NCBI GenBank assembly: GCA_964425645.1
Contig: CAYRNC010000003.1
Location: 1-50,125 of the forward strand
Reading direction: 5' to 3'
DNA from: an uncultured Oscillospiraceae bacterium
GTDB taxonomy: Bacteria; Bacillota; Clostridia; Peptostreptococcales; Anaerovoracaceae
DNA: 50,125 nucleotides
The notes beneath the pieces are model-generated. The model saw only the letters and a program-made list of their open reading frames with translations, made no database searches and was not told the DNA's origin. Shown one piece after another: positions 17,906 to 25,770 of this stretch; position 1 is the first letter of the stretch, and each line of letters starts with the position of its first letter. A program made the position numbers and the translations under genes.

Positions 17906-18631
17906 TTATAGCCCGTCCAGCCCTAGGCGCACGATCTTTTCCACCCTTGCAGACAGATCTGCAGCCTCCTTTTTTGACATGTCCTTCGTGTGTATGGCGG
18001 AATGAATTATGAAATCCACTTTCCCGGGCCTTATATAGCCTTTTTCCTCAAATATTTTATATGTCCCGGAAAGTGTGACAGGAACCACAGGTACCCCCGC
18101 TTTTGTGGCAAGTCTCAGGCTCCCTTTTTTGAATTCTCCCATACTGCCTTCCCTGCTCCTGCTTCCTTCAGGAAATATGCTCAGCGAAAAACCCTGCCTA
18201 AGCAACTCTATCCCTCTCGATATCGCACGCAAAGAGTCCCTTGCATCATCCCTTTTTATAAACACGCTTCTTACATCAGCTATCCACGATCCGAACAAAG
18301 GGATCTTTATCAGATCATCCTTTGCAACAAAACCGATTTGTTTCTCCGGTACAGCCGCAAAAAAAACAGGAATATCAAAATAGCTTTGGTGATTTGAAAC
18401 AAAAACAACCGACCCTTCGGGAACATTTTCAAGACCTTTTACCCTGAGAGTAATTCCGGCCTTTTCAACTAAAGCCCTTCCCCAAAGGTCCTCAGCCTTT
18501 CGTATTTCCCTTCTTTCTTTTTCAAAATCGCCGACAGATCTATACCTTTTAATTGCCCTCTTGTTGCCCCTTATCCTGAAAAGAAAGCCGTAAAACCAAA
18601 GTATGAATGGAATGTTCCTTAGAACCGACAT
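17906..18631 (-). CDS. plsC: 1-acyl-sn-glycerol-3-phosphate acyltransferase
   Basis: NHQSYFDIP (HX4D) and FPEGSRS motifs. Start moved to the ATG at 18631 (MSVLRNIPF), preceded by GGAGGAAATC. Confidence 0.85.
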   Translation of the reverse strand: MSVLRNIPFILWFYGFLFRIRGNKRAIKRYRSVGDFEKERREIRKAEDLWGRALVEKAGITLRVKGLENVPEGSVVFVSNHQSYFDIPVFFAAVPEKQIGFVAKDDLIKIPLFGSWIADVRSVFIKRDDARDSLRAISRGIELLRQGFSLSIFPEGSRSREGSMGEFKKGSLRLATKAGVPVVPVTLSGTYKIFEEKGYIRPGKVDFIIHSAIHTKDMSKKEAADLSARVEKIVRLGLDGL

Positions 18632-18796
18632 GATTTCCTCCAAAGCAACTTCATCAAAACGATTATAGCATGACCGTTCTTTCGAGTCTACGGTGATGAC
18701 GTTTTCATATGCTAAACAATCTTGCATACGAAGCGACGTTAATATAATATTAGAAAGAAAGTATAAACCAGCTTGTGTGTTAAAGAAAGGCAGATT

Positions 18797-19699
18797 ATGA
18801 AAGAACCTTCATTGGTGATCATGGCTGCAGGCATCGGTAGCCGCTTCGGAGGATTAAAGCAGCTTGCCCCGGTGGGGAAAAACGGAGAACCTATCATAGA
18901 GTTTTCCCTTTACGATGCAATTGAAGCCGGCTTTAAAAAGGTCACATTCGTTATAAAAGATGAAATCGAAAATGAATTCAGAAAAATGATAGGTGATAAA
19001 TTTGAAAAGCACATCCTGATAAAATATGCTTACCAGCACCTCAATCAGCTTCCGTATGGATATTTCGTTCCGAAAGGGCGAACCAAACCCTGGGGCACAG
19101 GCCATGCAGTTATGGCGGCATCGGAAGAAACAGACGGACCCTTTGCTGTTATAAATGCCGATGATTACTACGGAAAAAGCGCTTTTGACACGATGTACCA
19201 TCACCTGTCAGCACAGCAAAACGGTAAAAAACTTAACTTTTCAATGGTAGGATACCGGATTGAAAACACTATAACCGAACACGGCCATGTATCCCGCGGC
19301 ATCTGTAAAACAAAAAACGGTTATCTGGAAAGTGTTTTAGAACGCCTCAGGATCGAAAAACACAACGGTGTCATAGAATACACAGAGGATGAAGGCCTTA
19401 CATGGATACCCATCGAGTCAGGAAGCCTTGTCTCCATGAACTTTTGGGGGTTTCCCCGAATCTTCCAGGTAGAACTGAATAAGCGATTTCCGGGCTTTCT
19501 GGATTATGCCTTTGCAAAAAATCCGATGAAAGAAGAATATCTGCTTCCGAGAATAGTAAACGATCTCCTTTCGGAAGGAAAGGCTTCTGTGAAAGTACTT
19601 CTTACAAAGGATAAATGGTACGGAATTACATACAAAGAAGATATCCCAAAGGCAGCAAAGGCTATTCAAAGGATGCAAGACCTCGGTCTTTATCCTTAG
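18797..19699 (+). CDS. Sugar-phosphate nucleotidyltransferase family protein
   Basis: N-terminal LVIMAAGIGSRFGGLKQ nucleotide-binding loop. Start set to the ATG at 18797 (MKEPS). Substrate not determinable from sequence alone. Confidence 0.65.
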   Translation: MKEPSLVIMAAGIGSRFGGLKQLAPVGKNGEPIIEFSLYDAIEAGFKKVTFVIKDEIENEFRKMIGDKFEKHILIKYAYQHLNQLPYGYFVPKGRTKPWGTGHAVMAASEETDGPFAVINADDYYGKSAFDTMYHHLSAQQNGKKLNFSMVGYRIENTITEHGHVSRGICKTKNGYLESVLERLRIEKHNGVIEYTEDEGLTWIPIESGSLVSMNFWGFPRIFQVELNKRFPGFLDYAFAKNPMKEEYLLPRIVNDLLSEGKASVKVLLTKDKWYGITYKEDIPKAAKAIQRMQDLGLYP

Positions 19700-19728
19700 A
19701 TTTTAATGTAACAGAAAGGTGACAAGAA

Positions 19729-20454
19729 ATGAAGCTGATCAAAACGAGGGATTACAAAGAAATGAGCAGCGAGGCTGCCCGTCACATCATCGCACAGGTA
19801 GCGCAAAACAAAAACAGCGTTTTGGGCCTGGCAACAGGTTCTACTATGCTTGGACTGTATGAAGAACTGATACGCAGCTATCGAAAAAAAGACATTGACT
19901 TTTCTGAAATCACCACGATAAACCTTGATGAATATCTGGGCCTTGCATCCGGCAGCGAACAAAGCTACAGATATTACATGAACGAAAATTTTTTCAATCA
20001 CATTAACATATCCTTGGAGAAAACATTTATTCCAAACGGCATGTCAAAGGACCCTTCGGAGGAATGCAAACAATATGACCAAATGATCAGTGATATTGGT
20101 GGTATCGATTTGCAGGTTCTCGGCCTGGGTCATAACGGACATATTGGATTTAATGAACCCGCCGATTTTTTTACGCTGGAAACCCATTGCGTTTTTTTAA
20201 ATGAAAGTACCATAAAAGCGAATTCACGGTTCTTCAAAAGTGAAAATGAGGTTCCGATAAAAGCAATTACAGTGGGAATGGGATGCATAATGGGTGCAAA
20301 AAAGATAATGCTCTGCGTCAACGGAAGAAATAAAGCTAAGATTCTTAAGGAGGTATTGTATGGCCCCGTAACGCCAAAAATACCGGGTTCCATCTTAAAA
20401 CTCCATCCCAATCTGATAGTTATAGCGGACGAAGAAGCCCTCAGCACCGTATAA
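19729..20454 (+). CDS. nagB: Glucosamine-6-phosphate deaminase
   Basis: 241 aa with GLATGSTMLGLY, NLDEY, LGLGHNGHIGFNEP and LKLHPN motifs. Confidence 0.92.
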   Translation: MKLIKTRDYKEMSSEAARHIIAQVAQNKNSVLGLATGSTMLGLYEELIRSYRKKDIDFSEITTINLDEYLGLASGSEQSYRYYMNENFFNHINISLEKTFIPNGMSKDPSEECKQYDQMISDIGGIDLQVLGLGHNGHIGFNEPADFFTLETHCVFLNESTIKANSRFFKSENEVPIKAITVGMGCIMGAKKIMLCVNGRNKAKILKEVLYGPVTPKIPGSILKLHPNLIVIADEEALSTV

Positions 20455-21385
20455 GTGAAGCGGCACCGATGATCCCCGCATCGTTTCCGAACTTGGCCTG
20501 AACAATTTTATAAGGATACTTAAAAAAAGATTTCCGGCTGACCAGCTTCCTCACCGGATCTAAAAGAAATTCCCCGGCAAGGCTGACACCCCCGCCCAAG
20601 GCGACAGCCTCGGGATCTAAAAGAGCGGCAAACGAGATAATGGCGGAGCTCAATTGGTCCGCATAGCGGGAGATAATATCCACAGCAACCGCATCGCCCC
20701 CCTTTGCGCAGTCAAAGACCAGTTTAGCGTCCACGTTATCTAGTTCCCCCTTCGCCTTTGTATATATCATGCAGGAGGGATATTCGATGACAGCTTTTCT
20801 GCCCTGCCTAATTATCCAAGTTGCGGAACAAAGGGACTCCACACAGCCTCGATTTCCGCAGCTGCATACAGGTCCGCCATGCATAAGCACCATATGACCC
20901 GGCTCAACACCGTGCGAAAGACCGCCGTCAAACAGCTTTCCCCCAAGAACAATACCTCCTCCCACACCCGTACCCAAGGTTATAAGCATTGCAGTTCGGC
21001 ATCCATAAAGCACTCCTTTATGAAGTTCTGCTAAGGTTGCAGCATCAGCGTCGTTTGCTAAAAACAGTTTTCTTCCCGGAAAAGTCTTTTCCATCTCCTC
21101 TACTATCGGGACATGATGAAATTGCAGGTTATAGGCATTGACAATGGTTCTTTTGTCTTTGCTTATTTCCCCCGGTACGGACAGACCTATGGATTCTATA
21201 TCGTCTAAGCTCAAATCTGCAGAAGAACAAAGGTCAAAAACCATTTCCTTCATCAGGCTGACGATTATTTGGTATGGTCTTCCTGCAGGGAAAGGAATTT
21301 CATTTGCAGCGGCTATATTTAAATCCCCGTCTACAAGACCGGCGGCAATTTTAGAGCCTCCCATATCAAATCCTATTTGAAACAT
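20441..21385 (-). CDS. ROK family sugar kinase (glucokinase/N-acetylglucosamine kinase-like)
   Basis: N-terminal GFDMGGSKIAAG, LGTGVGGG, and the ROK zinc motif HMVLMHGGPVCSCGNRGCVE. Confidence 0.85.
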   Translation of the reverse strand: MFQIGFDMGGSKIAAGLVDGDLNIAAANEIPFPAGRPYQIIVSLMKEMVFDLCSSADLSLDDIESIGLSVPGEISKDKRTIVNAYNLQFHHVPIVEEMEKTFPGRKLFLANDADAATLAELHKGVLYGCRTAMLITLGTGVGGGIVLGGKLFDGGLSHGVEPGHMVLMHGGPVCSCGNRGCVESLCSATWIIRQGRKAVIEYPSCMIYTKAKGELDNVDAKLVFDCAKGGDAVAVDIISRYADQLSSAIISFAALLDPEAVALGGGVSLAGEFLLDPVRKLVSRKSFFKYPYKIVQAKFGNDAGIIGAASLIRC

Positions 21386-21390
21386 GGCTT

Positions 21391-22332
21391 TTACCTCCGC
21401 CTTTTTAACACTTTTTTTACAGCCTCTGCTATATTCTCCGCCTTCATACCGTAAGCTTTAAGAAGTTCTTCCGGTTTACCGGACTGCCCAAAGACATCCC
21501 GAACGCCCACGAATTCCATGGGAATGGGACAAAACTGTGCAGCAATTTCCGCTACGGCACTCCCGAGCCCTCCCAAAACTGTATGCTCTTCAGCCGTCAC
21601 AATACCCCCTGTTTCCTCCGCCGCTTTTGCGACCGCCGATTCATCAATGGGTTTAACGGTATGCATGTCCAAAACCCGAACATTTATGCCTTGATCTTTT
21701 AAAATATCGGCCGCCTGAAGGGCCTCATGAACCATTATCCCCGCGGCTATTACCGTGCAATCTCTGCCCTCTCTGAGAGTCAGGGCCTCGCCGATTTCAA
21801 AGCTGTCGCCATCATCGTAAATGACGGGAACAGCGGCCCTGCCCAATCTGACATATACAGGCCCTTTAATCCTTGCCGCAGCCCTTATAAGCTTTCCCGC
21901 TGAGACGGCATCACACGGATTTATGACGAGCATGCCGGGAATGGTTCTCATCAAAGCCATATCCTCCAGACATTGATGGCTTCCCCCGTCCTCCCCAACG
22001 GTCAGGCCCGCATGGGTTGCGCATATTTTGACGTTCAAATGAGCGTAACCTATGCTGTTTCTGATCACTTCAAAGGCCCGTCCCGCTGCAAATATGGCAA
22101 AAGTGCTTGCAAAAACCGTCTTGTTTGAAGCTGCAAGCCCGGATGCGACTCCATACATGTTTTGTTCTGCTATGCCCATGTTGAAGAATCTGTGGGGATA
22201 TTCTTTTGCGAAATATTTTGTCATTGTTGATCCGGAAAGATCCGCATCCAACACCACTATACTTTCATCCTGGGCTCCCAAAGCCAATAAAGTTTCGCCG
22301 TATGCCTGTCTGGTTGCAATTTTTTCAGCCAC
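21391..22332 (-). CDS. Transketolase, C-terminal (pyrimidine-binding) subunit
   Basis: 313 aa with FFNMGIAEQNM and GEDGGSHQ motifs. Overlaps the N-terminal subunit gene by 8 nt. Confidence 0.92.
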   Translation of the reverse strand: MAEKIATRQAYGETLLALGAQDESIVVLDADLSGSTMTKYFAKEYPHRFFNMGIAEQNMYGVASGLAASNKTVFASTFAIFAAGRAFEVIRNSIGYAHLNVKICATHAGLTVGEDGGSHQCLEDMALMRTIPGMLVINPCDAVSAGKLIRAAARIKGPVYVRLGRAAVPVIYDDGDSFEIGEALTLREGRDCTVIAAGIMVHEALQAADILKDQGINVRVLDMHTVKPIDESAVAKAAEETGGIVTAEEHTVLGGLGSAVAEIAAQFCPIPMEFVGVRDVFGQSGKPEELLKAYGMKAENIAEAVKKVLKRRR

Positions 22333-23167
22333 TTAATTTGTCCCCCAATTCCTTCAATGCCGACAATGCCTGCTCATCTGCAGGGGCCTTCCCATGCCAA
22401 GCCGCCTTGTCTTCCATAAAGCTTACGCCTTTTCCCTTTATCGTTTTGGCTATGACAGCAAAAGGTCTGCCGTGACAGCCTTTCGCTTCGTCCAGTGCTT
22501 CAGCGATTGCCTTTACATCATGCCCGTCAATAACCGAAGCTTCCCAACCGAAACTTTTAAGCTTTTCATCCACGGGGGAGACGCGCATTATTTCATCATT
22601 TCTGCCATCAATTTGAATGCCGTTCCAATCGATCAAGGCAACTAAATTGTCCAATCCATAGTGGGCGGCAGCCATAAAAGCCTCCCACACCAAGCCCTCC
22701 TGAAGTTCACCGTCTCCCAACATTACATATACTCTGCCGGGATCCTCGTCCATTTTTCCGGCTAAGGCCATACCTACAGCAGCCGACATACCCTGGCCCA
22801 ATGAACCGGTTGACATCTCAACGCCTGGAAGTTTTCTCATATCCGGATGTCCCTGAAGCCTGCTTCCGAATTTACGCAAGCTTAACAGATCCTCCGGAGG
22901 GAAAAAACCTTTTCTGGCTAAAGCCGCATAAAGAACGGGAGCTCCATGGCCTTTTGACAGAACAAATTTATCTCTGCCCTTTTTATTCGGCTTAGACGGA
23001 TCCAGATCCATTTCATGAAAAAATAGTACCGACATCATATCCGCTGCGGAAAGGGAGCCCCCCGGATGGCCCGACCCTGCCTGATGTACCGATTTAATGA
23101 TATCGATTCGCAGTTTACGCGCTATTTCTTCCAGCCTTTTATAATCTGCTTTTTTTGCATCTGCCAT
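22325..23167 (-). CDS. Transketolase, N-terminal (thiamine-diphosphate-binding) subunit
   Basis: 280 aa with SGHPGGSLS, LSKGH, GSLGQG and MLGDGELQEG motifs. Confidence 0.92.
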   Translation of the reverse strand: MADAKKADYKRLEEIARKLRIDIIKSVHQAGSGHPGGSLSAADMMSVLFFHEMDLDPSKPNKKGRDKFVLSKGHGAPVLYAALARKGFFPPEDLLSLRKFGSRLQGHPDMRKLPGVEMSTGSLGQGMSAAVGMALAGKMDEDPGRVYVMLGDGELQEGLVWEAFMAAAHYGLDNLVALIDWNGIQIDGRNDEIMRVSPVDEKLKSFGWEASVIDGHDVKAIAEALDEAKGCHGRPFAVIAKTIKGKGVSFMEDKAAWHGKAPADEQALSALKELGDKLSG

Positions 23168-23180
23168 GACGAATTCCTTT

Positions 23181-24161
23181 CTATAGTCCCAATCCTAATT
23201 GTTGTTTAACCCGCTTCATGGTTTTATCCCCTATTGCAGCAGCTCTCACCGCACCGTCTTCTAATACTTTTACCAGCTCCCCCGAAGGCCTGATGTCACG
23301 AAACTTTCTTTGTATGGGAATAAGCCCTTCACAAACCACATCGACCAGATCTTTTTTAAAGATTCCGTATCCTGATCCACTGTACTGCTTTTCCAAATCG
23401 GGAATTGCTATACCCGAAAAAGCGCTGTAAATAGTCAGTAAATTGCTTATCCCGGGCTTCTTTACCTGATCAAACCGTACGCTCCCCTCAGAATCAGTTG
23501 TAGCCCTCATTATCGCTTTTTTAATTTTATCAGGGCTGTCCAGCAGTGAAATTCTGCTGTTGACGCTTACGGAGCTTTTGCTCATTTTGGAGTTCGGATC
23601 ATCAAGAGACATTATCCTTGCCCCCGCTTTAAGAAAACGTCCTTCCGGGACGACAAATATTTTGCCGTAGGTGTTGTTAACTCTCTGTGCAATATCCCTT
23701 GTAAGCTCAATATGCTGTTTTTGATCGTTCCCAACAGGAACAACATCGGTATCGTAAAGAAGAATGTCAGCCGCCATCAAAATGGGGTATGTGAAAAGAC
23801 CGGCAGGAGCCGATTCCTCATCCCTGCTCTTTTGCTTAAACTGAGTCATCCTGGACAGCTCTCCCGTATAGGAGTTGCACATCAAAATCCAAGCCAGCTC
23901 CGCATGGCTTGGAACGTCGGACTGAACAAAAATGATCGACCTTTCAGGATCCAACCCTACCGAGATATAAAGGGCCGCCACATCGAGTATGTTTTTTTTA
24001 AGTTCCTTCGGATCCTGGGGAAGTGTAATGGAATGAAGATCCACAATGCAATAAATGCATTCATTATGATTTTGAAGATCTGCAAACTGCGTCAAAGCCC
24101 CAAGATAATTCCCTATATGGATGTTTCCTGTCGGCTGAACGCCGGAAAAAACCCTTTTCAT
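23181..24161 (-). CDS. trpS: Tryptophan--tRNA ligase
   Basis: FSGVQPTGNIHIGNYLG (HIGH-type) and KMSKS motifs. Start set to the ATG at 24161 (MKRVFSG), preceded by GGAGGACAAG. The tracked start at 24191 would add 10 aa and overlap the sigB stop. Confidence 0.93.
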   Translation of the reverse strand: MKRVFSGVQPTGNIHIGNYLGALTQFADLQNHNECIYCIVDLHSITLPQDPKELKKNILDVAALYISVGLDPERSIIFVQSDVPSHAELAWILMCNSYTGELSRMTQFKQKSRDEESAPAGLFTYPILMAADILLYDTDVVPVGNDQKQHIELTRDIAQRVNNTYGKIFVVPEGRFLKAGARIMSLDDPNSKMSKSSVSVNSRISLLDSPDKIKKAIMRATTDSEGSVRFDQVKKPGISNLLTIYSAFSGIAIPDLEKQYSGSGYGIFKKDLVDVVCEGLIPIQRKFRDIRPSGELVKVLEDGAVRAAAIGDKTMKRVKQQLGLGL

Positions 24162-24187
24162 CTTGTCCTCCACCTTTATGTACCTGC

Positions 24188-24940
24188 TCATCTGTAGTAT
24201 TCTTCCCGAAACCTGTCCTTAAGCTTCTTTTCTATTCGGGATATTGTCATTTGTGAAACGCCCATGCTGTCGGCAATTTCCTGCTGGGTCCTGGATTCCA
24301 AAAAACGCATGTTAAAAACTTTTTGTTCTTGACTGCTGAGTTTGTTTAAAACAGATTTAATCAGCTCCGCATTTTCAAAACTGCTGTATCCTTTTTCCTC
24401 CAGGGATGCAAAGCGTTCAAACATCGGAGCATCTCCTTCACTGCCGTTTTCATCAAACGTCTGCTGCAGCGAATAAGTACCGTAAGCCTGACCGCTCTCC
24501 ATAGCCTCAAGTATATCCTCTTCGCTATGCCCCAAATAATCGGCAATCTCCTTTACTTTAGCCGGCCTTCCAAGTTTATTATGAAGGGTTTCCTTCGCTT
24601 CGGGAAGCTTTGATGCTATATCCTTCAGCTTCCTTGGAACCTTTACAGCCCAGCCCTTATCTCTAAAATATCTTTTTATTTCCCCTATTATGGTCGGTGT
24701 CGCAAAGCTGGTAAATTCAAAACCTTTTTGCGGATCAAATCTTTCCGCAGCAAAAACTAAAGCCATGGATCCCACCTGGTACAGGTCGTCATAATCCACG
24801 CCTTTGTTCATATACTTTTTTATCAGGATATCAACCATATACAAATGATTTTCGACAATTTGATTTCGTATTGCTATATCACCGGTACGGTTGTATTCTT
24901 CAAAAAGTTTCTTATTGGCACTTTCTGCAAAAGAGGCCAT
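24188..24940 (-). CDS. sigB: Alternative sigma factor of the SigB/F/G group, SigB-like
   Basis: 250 aa. Region 2/3 [33 protein letters not shown] and [23 protein letters not shown] match my memory of B. subtilis SigB ([30 protein letters not shown]) far better than SigF. Lies downstream of RsbV/RsbW-like genes. Confidence 0.75.
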   Translation of the reverse strand: [250 protein letters not shown]

Positions 24941-24963
24941 AAGTAAGCACCTTTCTGTCAGTA

Positions 24964-25365
24964 TTATCTCGTATATTTAACCATCTTAATACGAGTCCCG
25001 ATACCGATCTCTGTGAAAACATCAACTTCGTCCATCAGTGCCTTTATTATATATATCCCAAGACCGCCCTCTTTCGGCCTTTGCAGACAAGGTTCACTGT
25101 AGGATGAGGGATCGTATCCCCCAGCCCGATCGATCACCGAAACGACAAAGCGATCATCGCAAAGCTCACATGTAACCTCATAAAAGTCCGAACGCTTCGT
25201 CCCGTGGCATACCGCATTGGTGCATGCTTCAGAAACAGCAACCTTGATATCCTCAATAGCTTCAATATCAAAACCGATGCTGTTGGCCAGGCAGGATACG
25301 GCCATGCGCACCGTCCCTACATATTCAGGTTTCCCCGGCACTGAAAACTTTAAAATGTCAGCCAT
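24964..25365 (-). CDS. rsbW: Anti-sigma-B factor, serine-protein kinase RsbW
   Basis: VPGKPEYVGTVRMAVSCLANSIGFDIEAIEDIKVAVSEACTNAV and EGGLGIYIIKALMDEV mirror the RsbW motifs (PEYVGIIRL ... IEDLKIAVSEACTNAV ... EGGLGLYLMETLMDEV). Confidence 0.8.
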   Translation of the reverse strand: MADILKFSVPGKPEYVGTVRMAVSCLANSIGFDIEAIEDIKVAVSEACTNAVCHGTKRSDFYEVTCELCDDRFVVSVIDRAGGYDPSSYSEPCLQRPKEGGLGIYIIKALMDEVDVFTEIGIGTRIKMVKYTR

Positions 25366-25376
25366 TAGTTTTCTCC

Positions 25377-25703
25377 TTAACTTTCACAGATTTCGGGGCA
25401 AAGCAATTTACAAAGATCGGTAATTCGAAGCAATTTCTTAATATTATCAGGAGGGTTGGCGAGGGTAATGCGATCTCCGTTTTCTTTCATTTTATTATAA
25501 ATACCGATGATGACTCCTAAACCTGTACTGTCAAGGTAGCGCAGCTTCCCCATATCCAGGATTATATCTCCCTTTTTCTCCTGATACGATTCATCCAAGG
25601 CCGAGCGAAAAATACCTGCCGTCGCTATATCAGCCTCCCCTTCGGGATAAATGTTCCACCGCCCTGATTCAGAATCGAAGCTTCTTCGTATCAGCAACGT
25701 CAT
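25377..25703 (-). CDS. rsbV: Anti-anti-sigma factor (STAS domain) RsbV
   Basis: Start moved to the ATG at 25703 (MTLLIRR), preceded by AAGGAGGA. Contains the phosphorylatable-serine context YLDSTGLGVIIG. Confidence 0.8.
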   Translation of the reverse strand: MTLLIRRSFDSESGRWNIYPEGEADIATAGIFRSALDESYQEKKGDIILDMGKLRYLDSTGLGVIIGIYNKMKENGDRITLANPPDNIKKLLRITDLCKLLCPEICES

Positions 25704-25724
25704 ACTTATGTCCTCCTTAAAACT

Positions 25725-25749
25725 ATACCCACGAATATATGCTCTAAAC
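25725..25749 (-). promoter_or_regulatory. Sigma-B-type promoter upstream of rsbV (GTTTAG-N13-GGGTAT)
   Basis: On the minus strand, the -35 element GTTTAG (25744-25749) and the -10 element GGGTAT (25725-25730) are separated by 13 nt. The Bacillus sigma-B consensus is GTTTAA-N12-15-GGGTAT. The motif lies in the 67-nt gyrA-rsbV gap, just upstream of the rsbV RBS. Confidence 0.6.
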
Positions 25750-25770
25750 CAACCGGACATTTGCAGCATT

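Noticed and set aside
24188-25769. Annotating the STAS / anti-sigma kinase / sigma trio as the sporulation operon spoIIAA-spoIIAB-sigF.
   Set aside because: The kinase and sigma motifs match RsbW and SigB much better than SpoIIAB and SigF as I remember them. The upstream promoter is sigma-B-type (GTTTAG-N13-GGGTAT) rather than sigma-H/Spo0A-type. This still needs a phylogeny to be certain.
25704-25770. An intrinsic terminator or a sigma-H/Spo0A-box promoter in the gyrA-rsbV gap.
   Set aside because: I found no stem-loop with a T-tract. There is no RNAGGAWWW/GAAT sigma-H pattern and no TGTCGAA 0A box.
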